A stretch of 64,000 bases of DNA from Waterburya sp. (GCA_965217895.1 CBDCJV010000002.1:2944001-3008000); one strand, 5' to 3'. Numbered from the stretch's first letter, positions 10,039 to 21,166 are shown. The notes: generated by a model not told the origin, from the sequence alone. Numbers and translations: made by a program.

Positions 10039-11817
10039 ATGGCTACTAATAAAGCGTTTGACATTAATTCTAACATTGTCGAAGATTGGCTAGGAGGATA
10101 CAAACTAGAACTCGATCTAGCTCCAAAATCCAACGCTGACAACTGGACATTAGACTTCGAGCTTCCTTATAAAATCTCTGCTGCTTATGGTGTAGATCTA
10201 GTCAACAATGGCAACGGTAGCTATACAATCAGTGGTCAAAACGATTGGGCAAACCTAAACCAAGGACAATCGATTAAACCCATCTTCATAATTGAAGACA
10301 ATGGACAACAGGCACTAAATCCAGAATTCAAAGCTACGCCTGCTGAGGTTGCCGTAATTCCTGATGTGTCTCTCAACTCAGGTTCAATTGATAACGTTGA
10401 TTCAACTTCAAATACTAGTTTCGAGAGTACAGATACTAATAAAGCGTTTAACATTAATTCAAACGTTGTCGAAGATTGGCTAGGAGGATACAAACTAGAA
10501 CTCGATCTAACTTCAGAATCCAACGCTGACAACTGGACATTAGACTTCGAGCTTCCTTATAAAATCTCTGCTGCTTATGGTGTAGATCTAGTTAACAATG
10601 GCAACGGTAGCTATACAATCAGTGGTCAAAATAATCAGGCAAATCTAAACCAAGGACAATCGATTAAACCCATCTTCATAATTGAAGACAATGGACAACA
10701 GGCATTAACTCCAGAATTCAAAGCTACGCCTGCCGAAATTTCTTCGCCATCTAATGATGTGCCTATTAACTCAGGTTCGATTGATAACGTTGATTCAACT
10801 TCAAATAATAGTCCCAATAACGATATTGTTACTGAACCAAAAAGCGGTGAAAAAATTATCAGCGTGGATAATGATTTTGGTGGCAATTTAGCAAGTGCGA
10901 TCGCCTCGGCAAATAATGGTGATATAGTTCAGTTAGGTAGTAAAACTTACTACACTTCGGGAATCACGATTGACAAAGATATTACCATTGATGGTCAAAA
11001 AGGTTCGGTTGTCAACGGAGGCGGAACATTAGAATCGATCTTTACAGTAGCTCAAGGAGCGACTGGCGCAACTATCCAAGACATAGAAATAACCAATGGT
11101 AATAATGGCATCTCTGGTAATGGCGCGCGCAACCTCTTGTTGCAAAATCTTAATGTCAACAATATCGGTATCAATAATCCCATTAGAGAAGGTCAGAATA
11201 ACACTGGCATTAGTCTTGGTCATGCGGATGGACTTCAGATACTTAATATAGACGTATCTAACATAGGCAGAAAAGGTGTTAGCGTTGGCGACACCAACGG
11301 AGCAATAATCAGCGGTATCTCAGTACAAGGTGTTAATCTGGCAGCGCAACACGCCCAAAGTCATGATGCTGCTGGCATTAAATTTTTTAACACTAATCAA
11401 GTTACCATCAAAGATAGTTACTTTGCCGATATAAATGCGATGAATATTTGGAACGATACTACCAATGGTACGGTAATTGATAATAATGTAATTAAAAACG
11501 TAGGAGAAGACTTTATAGCACCTGGTTTTAATAATAATGTAGATATCCATGGTATCTACAATGAAAAAAGCTCTAACTCAATTGTTAAAAATAATTCTGC
11601 TACCGCAGTTGGCAGTTTTGCTGCATTTAATGCAACAGAATTTACTACTGAAACCATGACTCTGGAAAACAATAATAATTTCTCAAGCTCAGAAATTGGG
11701 ACACAAGACTATTGGGTTAATGAAGAAGCTGAAAAGCTGATTGCCCTAACCGAAAATCCAGATGAGGCAAACTTTGATTTATTTGCCGACGAATATTATG
11801 CCCAGGCTAATATTTAA
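10039..11817 (+). CDS. Protein with two CBM2-like domains plus a right-handed parallel beta-helix domain
   Basis: Two near-identical units (DWLGGY..WTLDFELP..ISAAYG), then Asn/Ile-rich beta-helix repeats (LASAIASANNGDIVQL...). Confidence 0.7.
   Translation: MATNKAFDINSNIVEDWLGGYKLELDLAPKSNADNWTLDFELPYKISAAYGVDLVNNGNGSYTISGQNDWANLNQGQSIKPIFIIEDNGQQALNPEFKATPAEVAVIPDVSLNSGSIDNVDSTSNTSFESTDTNKAFNINSNVVEDWLGGYKLELDLTSESNADNWTLDFELPYKISAAYGVDLVNNGNGSYTISGQNNQANLNQGQSIKPIFIIEDNGQQALTPEFKATPAEISSPSNDVPINSGSIDNVDSTSNNSPNNDIVTEPKSGEKIISVDNDFGGNLASAIASANNGDIVQLGSKTYYTSGITIDKDITIDGQKGSVVNGGGTLESIFTVAQGATGATIQDIEITNGNNGISGNGARNLLLQNLNVNNIGINNPIREGQNNTGISLGHADGLQILNIDVSNIGRKGVSVGDTNGAIISGISVQGVNLAAQHAQSHDAAGIKFFNTNQVTIKDSYFADINAMNIWNDTTNGTVIDNNVIKNVGEDFIAPGFNNNVDIHGIYNEKSSNSIVKNNSATAVGSFAAFNATEFTTETMTLENNNNFSSSEIGTQDYWVNEEAEKLIALTENPDEANFDLFADEYYAQANI
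10044..10807 (+). repeat. Intragenic tandem duplication, period about 390 bp
   Basis: 10044-10414 and 10434-10807 are nearly identical at DNA level. Confidence 0.9.
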
Positions 11818-12005
11818 TATTTCCTAATATTTCTTAGCATTACAGATTTACCAACATCTTCATCTATCTCTTGATGTAGATAAATAATATTTTTCTGGCA
11901 GAAATTTATCACTTTAGCCAGATTTTTGCTTTGATATTTTCTAGTAAATTTATTTTGATCGTAAAAGTATAAAATTTAAAAAATACATAGGCGCATAGTA
12001 ACAAG

Positions 12006-12164
12006 ATGGACATTGTTAGAATTATTTGTGCAATATTTCTGCCACCTCTAGGAGTATTTTTGCAAACAGGCTTTAGTACTCAACTAGCAATTAATATCGT
12101 ATTGACTTTACTAGGCTATATACCTGGAATTGTTCATGCAATATGGATAATTGCTAGGGAATAA
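12006..12164 (+). CDS. YqaE/Pmp3-family small membrane protein (52 aa)
   Basis: Manual translation MDIVRIICAIFLPPLGVFLQTGFSTQLAINIVLTLLGYIPGIVHAIWIIARE; below the ORF-track cutoff. Confidence 0.92.
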   Translation: MDIVRIICAIFLPPLGVFLQTGFSTQLAINIVLTLLGYIPGIVHAIWIIARE

Positions 12165-12226
12165 ATTAAAAATCTTAATTGATTAATTTATCAGACTAGG
12201 AAGTGCGATCGCCCAAACTTAACTAC

Positions 12227-14368
12227 TTAGCCTTTTACTATCGCCCCAAAGTCGGCTAACACTCTGGCATGATTTCGCAGTAATCCTAAAAGATTCAAGC
12301 GGTTGCGTTTAACATTCGGGTTGTCTGCCATCACCAGCACGCTATTTTCACCATCAAAAAAGCTACTAACAACAGGTGCAATTTTTCCTAATCCGTCGAT
12401 TAATAATTGATAATTACGCTCTGCTTGGGAAGCTTCGGTTTGAGGTAACAACTCTAACAGTGCGTCATAAAACTCTCTCTCAGAAGATTCTTCAAACAAT
12501 TCAGGATTAACTAATCCTTCGGGGTTTAATGCTGAAGTATCTAAATTGCCTTTAGCTGCCAAACGAGCAGAACGATTGATAGTTTCGTAGATTTCAGTGA
12601 GCTTACCATTGTTGCGAGTCTCCTGTAGAAATAAAGCGCGATCGCGAACGTCTAATAAATCCGTCAAAGCTCGCTCGGCATATTCGGCATCACCATCACC
12701 AACAATGGCATTAACTAAATCGTAATCAATATTTTTTTCTTGCAAAAGGCTACAGATTCGCTGAAGAAAGAATTCTTGTAAAGCTGCTACAGGAGAAGTG
12801 CGATCGCTATGACCCGAAACAAAATCTGCTGCACCTTGTTCAATTAGCTGATTCAAATTTATTTCTAAATCGGCATCCCAAATAATATTAATTATCCCGT
12901 TAGCTGCACGGCGCAGGGCAAATGGATCTGATGAACCTGTAGGCATCATACCAATCCCAAAAATGCCAATTAAAGTATCCAGGCGATCGGCTAAACCTAC
13001 TACCTGACCGTTTAAGGTACTAGGCATCATATCGTCTGCGCCTCTGGGTAAATAATGCTCAAAGATACCTTTTGCCACTGTCTCGGATTCGCCACTCACC
13101 ACAGCATATTTTTCTCCCATAACCCCCTGTAGTTCGGGAAACTCATAAACCATTTGGGTAACTAAGTCGGCTTTGCAAAGTAAGGCGGTGCTTTCGATTT
13201 CGTTTTGCTGTTCCTCGCTAACCTCAAGCTGTTGGGCGATGATCTTGGCAGTATCAATAATACGATCTACCTTATCCCGCATTGTGCCAAGTTCTGCTTG
13301 AAAAGTGACCGTTTCTAGTTGAGGAATATAAGTATCAAGATGCTCGTCGCAATCAGCTTGATAGAAAAATTGAGCATCTGCTAATCTAGCGCGGATCACT
13401 CTGCCGTTACCTTCCGCGATCGCCTCTTTTTTGTCAGGGTCGCCATTGGAAATAGTAATAAAGTTAGGCAAAAGGATATTATCAACCCCTGCTTGATGAA
13501 CAGGGAAATAACGCTGATGGCTTACCATAACTGTAGTAATTACCTCAGTTGGTAGCTTCAGAAAATCTGCTGCAAACTTTCCCGTAACTGCGGTCGGATA
13601 TTCGACTAAATTAATCACTTCTGCCAGCAGGTCTGGGTATATTTCGGCTTTTGCGCCTAATTTTTCGGCTTCAGCTAAAATACCTGCCGTTATTTTCTCT
13701 TTCCTAGCTTCTAATTCAACTTCTACAAAGGCAGATCTAAGAGTTGTTATATAATCTGTCGCCTGGGCAATACTAACAGCGTCAGGATGTAAAACTCGAT
13801 GTCCGCGAGAGATGCGATCGCTTTTAATGGTTTCTGAACCATTAATCAGTTCTAAAGGCATGACTTGGCTGTCCCACAATGCCACTAGCCAGCGAATAGG
13901 TCGGGGAAACCGTAAATCCCCGTCGCCCCAACGCATAAAGCGTTTCCCTTCTAAGCCAGTAATCCATTGAGGGCATAACTCTTGGAGAATTTCCACTGTA
14001 TTGCGACCTGGGATTTTTTTCTGGATAAAGGTAAACTCTCCTTTAGGAGTATCACGAATTTCAAGCTCATCAAGACTGACTCCCTGTTTACGAGCAAAAC
14101 CCTCTGCTGCCTTAGTTGGTTGACCATCTTTAAATGCTGCTTTGACAGGAGGTCCTTTTATCTCTTCTTCTCGGTCTGCTTGCTGACTGGGAATATCTTT
14201 AATTAGAATGGCTAAACGGCGAGGAGTTCCATAATATTCTACTGCTGCGGGATTTAAAAACTCTTGTGCTAAACTAGCGGGAACTTTATTTTGCCACTGT
14301 GCGATCGCGCTACTGACAAAATCTGCGGGTAATTCTTCTGTACCTACTTCCAACAAAAAATCAGCCAT
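12227..14368 (-). CDS. glyS: Glycine--tRNA ligase beta subunit
   Basis: [34 protein letters not shown] and [11 protein letters not shown]. Confidence 0.97.
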   Translation of the reverse strand: MADFLLEVGTEELPADFVSSAIAQWQNKVPASLAQEFLNPAAVEYYGTPRRLAILIKDIPSQQADREEEIKGPPVKAAFKDGQPTKAAEGFARKQGVSLDELEIRDTPKGEFTFIQKKIPGRNTVEILQELCPQWITGLEGKRFMRWGDGDLRFPRPIRWLVALWDSQVMPLELINGSETIKSDRISRGHRVLHPDAVSIAQATDYITTLRSAFVEVELEARKEKITAGILAEAEKLGAKAEIYPDLLAEVINLVEYPTAVTGKFAADFLKLPTEVITTVMVSHQRYFPVHQAGVDNILLPNFITISNGDPDKKEAIAEGNGRVIRARLADAQFFYQADCDEHLDTYIPQLETVTFQAELGTMRDKVDRIIDTAKIIAQQLEVSEEQQNEIESTALLCKADLVTQMVYEFPELQGVMGEKYAVVSGESETVAKGIFEHYLPRGADDMMPSTLNGQVVGLADRLDTLIGIFGIGMMPTGSSDPFALRRAANGIINIIWDADLEINLNQLIEQGAADFVSGHSDRTSPVAALQEFFLQRICSLLQEKNIDYDLVNAIVGDGDAEYAERALTDLLDVRDRALFLQETRNNGKLTEIYETINRSARLAAKGNLDTSALNPEGLVNPELFEESSEREFYDALLELLPQTEASQAERNYQLLIDGLGKIAPVVSSFFDGENSVLVMADNPNVKRNRLNLLGLLRNHARVLADFGAIVKG

Positions 14369-14497
14369 GAAATAAAGATCTATTTACTGCCGTACCGTTT
14401 AAACAGGATAGCAGTTATCCCCCATCAATTATCAGCTATCGCGAGCTAATCTTTGACTTGCAGAAAAATAGTTTAATCTTACAAAATAACTACACAA

Positions 14498-14530
14498 GAA
14501 AAAACCACCTTTTTAGATTAAGGTGGCTTG
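14498..14530 (-). terminator. Rho-independent terminator after a small ORF
   Basis: On the minus strand, GCCACCTT-loop-AAGGTGGT followed by a T-run. Confidence 0.65.
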
Positions 14531-14550
14531 GCGCGAAATGCGTTTAATTT

Positions 14551-14724
14551 TTAGCCTTGAATTAGGCTATATTCAATGTGAGTCTCGTTTGAGTCAACAA
14601 TCTCCACAGTTCCCCAGGACTCTAAATCTTTAAGGTAGTTCAAGTTTTGTTGATTATTTTTGATCTTACCTAAAAATCTGTCCCGCGTTTTTTTTGCTTT
14701 GCTTCTGAGAATGTAGATATTCAT
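14551..14724 (-). CDS. Putative small protein (57 aa)
   Basis: MNIYILRSKAKKTRDRFLGKIKNNQQNLNYLKDLESWGTVEIVDSNETHIEYSLIQG; ATG start and its own terminator. Confidence 0.55.
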   Translation of the reverse strand: MNIYILRSKAKKTRDRFLGKIKNNQQNLNYLKDLESWGTVEIVDSNETHIEYSLIQG

Positions 14725-15105
14725 AGACTATATATTTACCTAAAGTGTTTGCGTATTTAGACTCGTTACTTACCAATTTGATAACACCATAAATAATAAT
14801 AGTAAAGTTACGGACAAGTTTTATTCGCTATATAAAGTTAACGTAAAGTTTACTTAGTCGAATTACAGAATATAATTTTTTATTGCCGATTAAAATTTAG
14901 GGTTTAGTTAAAATTAATGACTAAAATCAAAAGATGAAGTAACTATAAATCCTTCTGCCATAATAAAAAATTACTAAATGTAACTTTGGGCAAACATGAA
15001 AAAACTATTAATTAATTTATGATTGCTCAATAAAAAACTGGCAAGTTACAATAACTCACCAGTAAAATAGTTGACGCAACCACTTATATTTATCAGTAAT
15101 CTCAA

Positions 15106-15705
15106 CTACTCTTTTTCTTCAATTACCCGATCGATCAGACCATACTCCTTCGCTTCGTAAGCCGACATAAAGTAGTCGCGATCGGTATCTTTCTTAATTT
15201 TCTCGATAGACTGCCCCGTGTTGTCAGCCATCATTTGGTTTAGCTGATCGCGAATACGCAGGATTTCTCTAGCTTCAATGTCAATATCTGTCGCCTGTCT
15301 GCGTCCTTGAACACCTCCTAAAGGTTGGTGAATCATAATTCGCGCATGGGGTAACGCTAAACGCTTACCTTTTGTACCGCCAGAGAGCAAAAATGCACCC
15401 ATAGAGGCAGCCAAGCCAACGCAGATAGTTACAACTTCCGATTTAATATGACGCATGGTGTCATAAATCGCCAGTCCAGCAGTTACCGAACCACCAGGAG
15501 AATTGATATATAAGTAAATTGGCTTACCAGGATCATCAGAATCGAGGTAGAGCATAATGGCAATTATTTGATTTGCCAAGGCATCGTTAACGCCTCTGCC
15601 GAGGAAGATAATACGCTCGCGATAGAGGCGATCGTAAATGCCAATCCAGTCGCTATATTGCTGACCAGGCATTTGATAGGGAACTTTAGGAACACCAATG
15701 GGCAT
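15106..15705 (-). CDS. clpP: ATP-dependent Clp protease proteolytic subunit (ClpP3-like)
   Basis: MPIGVPKV start, YINSPGGSV, catalytic AASMG and MIHQP. Confidence 0.96.
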   Translation of the reverse strand: MPIGVPKVPYQMPGQQYSDWIGIYDRLYRERIIFLGRGVNDALANQIIAIMLYLDSDDPGKPIYLYINSPGGSVTAGLAIYDTMRHIKSEVVTICVGLAASMGAFLLSGGTKGKRLALPHARIMIHQPLGGVQGRRQATDIDIEAREILRIRDQLNQMMADNTGQSIEKIKKDTDRDYFMSAYEAKEYGLIDRVIEEKE

Positions 15706-15740
15706 AAGATTTTTTACCTTAGTTATTGATTACGTTTGTT

Positions 15741-16433
15741 TTAAGTCAGAGTAGAAACAGGAGTAGGTAGATCGCTTGTACTTTCTAGAACTTTGTCAAT
15801 TAACCCATACTCCTTGGCATCTTGAGGAGTCATATACAGCATCCTGTCTGTATCTTTCTCTAATTTTTCGATTGGCTGACCAGTGTTTTGACTAAAAATT
15901 TCTAGCACAGCACGTTTATTTTCTAATACTTCCTTAGCACGGATTTGAATGTCTGAGGCTTGACCCTGCGCTCCCTGACGAGCTTGGTGGAGAATAATCG
16001 TACCATTAGGCAAACTAGCGCGATAGCCTTTTGCTCCTGAAGAGAGGATCATGGCTGCTGTCCCCATAGCCTGACCAATACAAATAGTATGTACTGGAGG
16101 CTTGATGTAGGAAATAGTGTCGCAAATCGCAAAAGCTTCGGTTTCAAAGCCAATTGAATCTCCACCATACCAAGATGTACCAGTAGAATTGATATACATG
16201 GTGATTGGCTTTTCAGGATCGTCAAATTGCAGATAGAGCAACTGAGCCACAATCAACTCTGTAACGTCAATGCCAATCTGATCTTTATATTCGTCAGGAG
16301 ATACTAAAGGAAGTCCTAAATAAACGATACGTTCTTTTAGTAGTAGAGAAGGTAAATCTGGGGGTGGAGTGCGATACATACTACCACCGCCTCCTCTGTA
16401 GGGTGCTTGTACTGCCTGAATTGGTGAATCCAT
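15741..16433 (-). CDS. clpR: Clp protease non-catalytic subunit ClpR
   Basis: RTPPPDLPSLLLKERIVYLG; catalytic Ser absent (AMGTAA); clpR-clpP pair. Confidence 0.9.
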   Translation of the reverse strand: MDSPIQAVQAPYRGGGGSMYRTPPPDLPSLLLKERIVYLGLPLVSPDEYKDQIGIDVTELIVAQLLYLQFDDPEKPITMYINSTGTSWYGGDSIGFETEAFAICDTISYIKPPVHTICIGQAMGTAAMILSSGAKGYRASLPNGTIILHQARQGAQGQASDIQIRAKEVLENKRAVLEIFSQNTGQPIEKLEKDTDRMLYMTPQDAKEYGLIDKVLESTSDLPTPVSTLT

Positions 16434-16643
16434 AGTATTTTTAAGTTAATTTACCTCTTAATATTGTTATCTCCCAGGGCAAATTGGTGAAAAAACAACT
16501 AATAAACTTTATTTATGCTTCTATGCCAAGGTTAGTAAAATGATTTTAACGCATCTATTAAGCCAGGATTAAGCTAGTTTTAATCCCTAAAACCGAACAC
16601 AACCGAACCATTTTCATTTTTTCTTTGCTGTTGACAATCACTT

Positions 16644-17915
16644 ATGGCTAGAACGATCGCTCTAATTGCCCATGACAATAAAAAAGACGATATAGTAAAA
16701 TTTGCCATTCGTCACCAGCCTCTATTAGCTCGCTATCATCTTGTCGCTACAGAAACTACGGGTAAACGTATCGAAGACGCTACCAATCTAATCATAGAAC
16801 GTATGGCATCAGGATCGGTGGGAGGAGATGCTCAAATTGCTGCCAGGGTGGTTGCAGGGGAAATAATCGCGGTTATCTTTTTAATCGATCCTTCAAATGC
16901 CAAACCTCACGAGCCAAACATTCAGGCACTGCTGCGGATTTGTAACGTTCACTTAGTTCCTCTGGCAACGAATCTGGGTACGGCAGAAGCGATCGCCACT
17001 AGCTTTGCTCAAAGTTTAGTCGCTCATCTGATCTTTAATCCTGTATCTGGTGGAGGCAATGGCGAGCAAGATCTCAACTTTATTAAACAAATGCTCGAAC
17101 CTCATTTACACCTAGAGGTTCATTTAACCAGCCTCGATATCAGCCCTCAAGAATTAGCAATTGTGGCGATCGCTCAAGATGCAGATTTGATTATTGCCTC
17201 TGGGGGAGATGGTACAGTTTCTGCCGTAGCGGGGGCGATGATTGGTACAGATGTGCCTTTAGGTGTTATCCCTAGAGGTACGGCAAATGCTTTTGGTATG
17301 GCGTTAGGAATTACCCAACAAATCAATCAGCTACGACGAGCCTGCGAAATAATCTTGGCAGGAAATACCAGAGTAATTGATGCAGCCAGATGTAATAATT
17401 TGCCTTTAATTTTATTAGCGGGCATTGGCTACGAAGCCGAAACCATTGAAAAAGCCGATCGCGAAGCCAAAAACCGTTGGGGCCCTTTGGCATATATAAT
17501 GGCTGGTTGGCAGCAGCTAGACGAACAACAGCTATTTGAGGCAGAAATTGAAATTGAAGGGGAAATAAGAACTGTTCAGGCTGGAGCAATTACCATTGCT
17601 AACGCTGCGCCTCCTACCTCAGTATTGGCTCAGGGAATTGGCGAGGTGGTAGTAGATGATGGCTTATTGGATATTACTATTGCCACGGTGGAAAACAAAA
17701 TTCAGGCTGTGACCACTATGTTAAGTATGCTTGGTGCAGCTTTAATTAGAACTAGTGCAGAATTAGATAATATAGTTCATTTGCGATCGCCTAAAGTAAA
17801 AATCTCCGCCAACCCAATTCAGAAAGTTGTTTTAGATGGCGAAATTATTGGCAATACGCCTCTAGAAATTGAATGTTTGCCCCAAAGTTTAACTGTTTTT
17901 GTTCCCGTCTTGTGA
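16644..17915 (+). CDS. mgsA: Methylglyoxal synthase fused to a diacylglycerol-kinase-like (YegS) domain
   Basis: IALIAHD.KK, GGDAQI and PHEP in the N-terminal part; NPVSG, GGDGTV and PRGTAN in the C-terminal part. Confidence 0.88.
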   Translation: MARTIALIAHDNKKDDIVKFAIRHQPLLARYHLVATETTGKRIEDATNLIIERMASGSVGGDAQIAARVVAGEIIAVIFLIDPSNAKPHEPNIQALLRICNVHLVPLATNLGTAEAIATSFAQSLVAHLIFNPVSGGGNGEQDLNFIKQMLEPHLHLEVHLTSLDISPQELAIVAIAQDADLIIASGGDGTVSAVAGAMIGTDVPLGVIPRGTANAFGMALGITQQINQLRRACEIILAGNTRVIDAARCNNLPLILLAGIGYEAETIEKADREAKNRWGPLAYIMAGWQQLDEQQLFEAEIEIEGEIRTVQAGAITIANAAPPTSVLAQGIGEVVVDDGLLDITIATVENKIQAVTTMLSMLGAALIRTSAELDNIVHLRSPKVKISANPIQKVVLDGEIIGNTPLEIECLPQSLTVFVPVL

Positions 17916-17944
17916 AGGTTGAAGTTTACAATAGCAACAGTTTT

Positions 17945-18004
17945 GTAGGGTGGGCAAATTCCTGAAATTGGATAGTAGTATTCAATCAAATAATTTTTGC
18001 CCAC
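17945..18004. repeat. REP-like palindromic element
   Basis: GTAGGGTGGGCAAA...TTTGCCCAC; same family as 1594-1655. Confidence 0.7.
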
Positions 18005-18100
18005 AGAATAGAGCAGTTAGGTGAGGAACATTTTTAGATTTCAACGTCAATATCAATAAATATTATTATTTAAACCTATTAAACCTATGGAGATAAGTAA

Positions 18101-19735
18101 ATGAAATTCTCTGGAAAGATGAGCCATATATTACTGGGAACAGTAGGCTTGAGTGCTGCTTTAGGTGCTTTTAACCTACTACAGCCACAAATTACCCAGG
18201 CTGCTATTGCTCAAATAGCTCAAGTTCTTTCTCCAGAAGAAGTTAACCTGCGTGCTAAACAAGTTACTGTACGCATAGACGGGGCTAATACTGGCTCTGG
18301 TGCAATCGTTGACTATTCAAACAAAGTTTACACTGTGCTGACCAACTGGCACGTGATGAAAAATCCAGGAGATTATGTCGTCCAAACCATAGATGGTAGA
18401 CAACATCAGGTAGATCCCGCTTCGATTAAGGAATTACCAGGATTAGATTTAGCAATATTGAAGTTCAACAGCAATGAAAACTATCAGGTAGCTGAAACTG
18501 GTAATTCGTCAGACTTAAACGAAGGACAAAGTATTTATTTTGCTGGCTATCCTGGAGAATTACGCACAGAAGACAATCGTTACTATCGGTTCTTTACAGC
18601 TAACCTGGTGGGCATATTACCAAAATCGACTGATAATGGCTATTCTCTAATTTATAGTGGAGAAGCCTTTCCTGGGATGAGTGGAGGTCCTGTTTATAAT
18701 CAAGAAGGATATATGATTGGAGTTCATGGAGAGGCAAATATCAATGCCATATCTGGAGGCACTTCCAACTATGGCATTCCAATTAATAGCTATAAAAGTG
18801 CGATCGCCAAATTAAATAATCCAACGCCATCAACTCCTGCCGCCAATAATACAGCCAGTCAGCCAGAATCTAAAACCCCTAAGCCAGCCAATAATCAGCC
18901 AGAAACTCAAGATAATTCTGGCGAAATTTCTTCTGTTCCTACTTTTACCCCAGATCGAGCCAACACCCCTACCCCTAAAACTCCAGAAATAGAAAAACAA
19001 CCGAAACAACCAGAAGAATCAGCTAAACCTGAGCCACAACCATCAAAAGCAGAGAATGAATCAACACAAGCCACAAATTCTCAACCCGCTCCAGCAGCAT
19101 CAGAAGCTACAAACACACCTGCTACCTCACCTGTTTCTTTAGTCTCTCCCAGAACTGGCATTGACTATACTAAACTGCGAGATTTACTAAAGGAAAAAAA
19201 ATGGTCAGAAGCAGATATACATACCTACCAACTCGTAGAGCAAATTATTAAAACCGCTAAACAGGAAAATAAACACGTTTTTATTGAATTAAAAGCCATT
19301 GCTCAGTTTTCTTGTCCCGATATTAGAACTATAGACAACCTCTGGGAAAAATACAGCGACCAAAAATTCGGCTTTAGTTCCCAGCAGAAAATTTGGCAAA
19401 GCGTCAATCAAAAAGGCGATTATTCCACTGAAACCTGGCGCAAGTTTGCCACAAAAGTGGGCTGGAAAAAAGGTGATGTAATCAACGGTAGTGGCTATCT
19501 ACTATACGATGAGCTTAATTTTGATCCTGCAAAAGCACCTCAAGGTCAACTGCCTTGGTGGTTTGCTCTACCAGATGAAGAACAAAAGGTAATCAAGCAA
19601 TTATTTGCTAGCTGCAACTTTAATCCTAGCGTTGAAGAGTTAAAGGCAGAAGCTGAAAGAGATAACCCTAAAAAGTCTCCTGAGAATGCCTCTAGCAATC
19701 AACCTAATATTAATAAAGCCCCTAAATCTTTTTAA
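18101..19735 (+). CDS. Exported trypsin-like serine protease with Pro-rich linker and C-terminal GUN4 domain
   Basis: Signal-like N-terminus; triad motifs TNWHV, DLAIL and GMSGGP; GUN4 motifs DYTKLRDLL..KKW.EAD and IDNLW..YS..KFGFS.Q. Confidence 0.85.
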   Translation: MKFSGKMSHILLGTVGLSAALGAFNLLQPQITQAAIAQIAQVLSPEEVNLRAKQVTVRIDGANTGSGAIVDYSNKVYTVLTNWHVMKNPGDYVVQTIDGRQHQVDPASIKELPGLDLAILKFNSNENYQVAETGNSSDLNEGQSIYFAGYPGELRTEDNRYYRFFTANLVGILPKSTDNGYSLIYSGEAFPGMSGGPVYNQEGYMIGVHGEANINAISGGTSNYGIPINSYKSAIAKLNNPTPSTPAANNTASQPESKTPKPANNQPETQDNSGEISSVPTFTPDRANTPTPKTPEIEKQPKQPEESAKPEPQPSKAENESTQATNSQPAPAASEATNTPATSPVSLVSPRTGIDYTKLRDLLKEKKWSEADIHTYQLVEQIIKTAKQENKHVFIELKAIAQFSCPDIRTIDNLWEKYSDQKFGFSSQQKIWQSVNQKGDYSTETWRKFATKVGWKKGDVINGSGYLLYDELNFDPAKAPQGQLPWWFALPDEEQKVIKQLFASCNFNPSVEELKAEAERDNPKKSPENASSNQPNINKAPKSF

Positions 19736-19869
19736 CATTGAGCATTGAACAATTATCAATAAACAATGCAAGACACAAAGAATTACCATCAAAAGTGTCT
19801 GAAAAAAAAGCTAATAGCTGCAAATAATAACACCAAAGGCTTCATACGGAAAATTAGCAACGTTTAAAA

Positions 19870-20295
19870 ATGAAACACCATCAAACAGCCTTAAAAATAA
19901 AAACTACAGGAAAATCACTCCATAAAATTACTCGTCAAGTCGAACAAGCAGTAGAAAAATCTGGCGTTGCTACAGGCTTGTGTACTATATTTGTGCGTCA
20001 TACTTCTGCATCTTTATTGATCCAAGAAAATGCCGATCCTGATGTTTTAGTCGATCTAGAAAACTTCTTTGCTCAATTAGTTCCTGAAGACGCGACGCGA
20101 TATAATCATAGTGCCGAAGGAATGGATGATATGCCTGCTCATATTCGCTCTGCTTTAACCCATACTTCAGAACATATTCCTATTTCTAGAGCGCGATTAG
20201 CTTTAGGAACTTGGCAGGGTATTTATCTATGGGAACACCGTCAACGGGGCAATCAAAGAGAAGTAATTGTTCACGTCAGTGGAGATGAACATTAA
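19870..20295 (+). CDS. yjbQ: YjbQ/UPF0047 family protein
   Basis: HTSASL.IQENADPDV, AHIRS and LGTWQGI. Confidence 0.9.
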   Translation: MKHHQTALKIKTTGKSLHKITRQVEQAVEKSGVATGLCTIFVRHTSASLLIQENADPDVLVDLENFFAQLVPEDATRYNHSAEGMDDMPAHIRSALTHTSEHIPISRARLALGTWQGIYLWEHRQRGNQREVIVHVSGDEH

Positions 20296-20452
20296 AATCA
20301 ACAATCGAATAGTGTTACTAGGCAGTTTTGGTAAGCGATCGCCATTTTGAAGAACAAAACTTTTTAAGCTACTTAAACTATCTCCTAACTGTTTTTAAGA
20401 GGTCGCATTAACAACAGTTAGGACAAGTTGAGGCAACTTTAAAACTATCAAT

Positions 20453-20845
20453 TTATTTGCCTTGTATTAAGCCACTCAATTCATTTTCTACAGCTTCCAT
20501 ATATCCAGAATTTTCTAAAGCAGCAGGAGCTAGTTTTCCTGAATCAATTCCAGCCTGCACAAGATCTTTCGCCGTCACCTCTTTGTCTTGATACTCTTGA
20601 AGCAAAGTCCCAAAACCAGAGATTCCCCGATCTTTAAATTTGCCTTGGTAAGCCTGAGATACCAAAGCAGAAGGGCTAGTTTTTTCTTCTGTCATGTTCT
20701 GTTTGTCATTTGCCAATTCCAAACTACTTTCTTTAATAGAAGCTGTTTTGGCAAACACGGGTGAGTTATTTACCAGAGGCAAAACGATTGCAATAGACAA
20801 AGCACTGATACCTGCAATTATTTGATTTTTTGTTGAACGTTTCAT
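20453..20845 (-). CDS. Small secreted cyanobacterial hypothetical protein
   Basis: Signal peptide (..SPVFA); core LVSQAYQG.F..GI, TAKDLVQA.I..G.L and Y..AVE..L. Confidence 0.8.
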   Translation of the reverse strand: MKRSTKNQIIAGISALSIAIVLPLVNNSPVFAKTASIKESSLELANDKQNMTEEKTSPSALVSQAYQGKFKDRGISGFGTLLQEYQDKEVTAKDLVQAGIDSGKLAPAALENSGYMEAVENELSGLIQGK

Positions 20846-20917
20846 AGTTATTAACTCTCTTGAATAAAGCTAAGAGAAATTCCTTTATTGATTACTAATG
20901 TAACTATAGAATTATAT

Positions 20918-20935
20918 TGTCAAGAACATAGCAAG
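20918..20935 (-). promoter_or_regulatory. Shared regulatory motif, copy 1
   Basis: Minus strand CTTGCTATGTTCTTGACA, about 70 nt upstream of the start at 20845. Confidence 0.7.
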
Positions 20936-21076
20936 ATTAAGAGAAAGCAAATGTTTATTTGCAATTTATTATTCATGTAAAAAAAGTTCGATCAAAGCAA
21001 TTCTGATATAAAACGAACTTTTTCTTTATATCTTAGTTTTTCTTTTTGAATAGCTTAAATTTTAAAAATCAATCAT

Positions 21077-21101
21077 AAAACTTGCAAAGTTCTTGACATT
21101 T
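21077..21101 (+). promoter_or_regulatory. Shared regulatory motif, copy 2
   Basis: AAAACTTGCAAAGTTCTTGACATTT, identical to 27096-27120; 65 nt upstream of 21167. Confidence 0.8.
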
Positions 21102-21166
21102 ATCTTTTAAAGTTCACTCGTCAATGAACTTCATACAAGAACTTTGATAAAAATATTTAATCTTTA

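Noticed and set aside
16644..17915. MgsA-DAGK fusion as a novelty
   Set aside because: A known, widespread cyanobacterial architecture.
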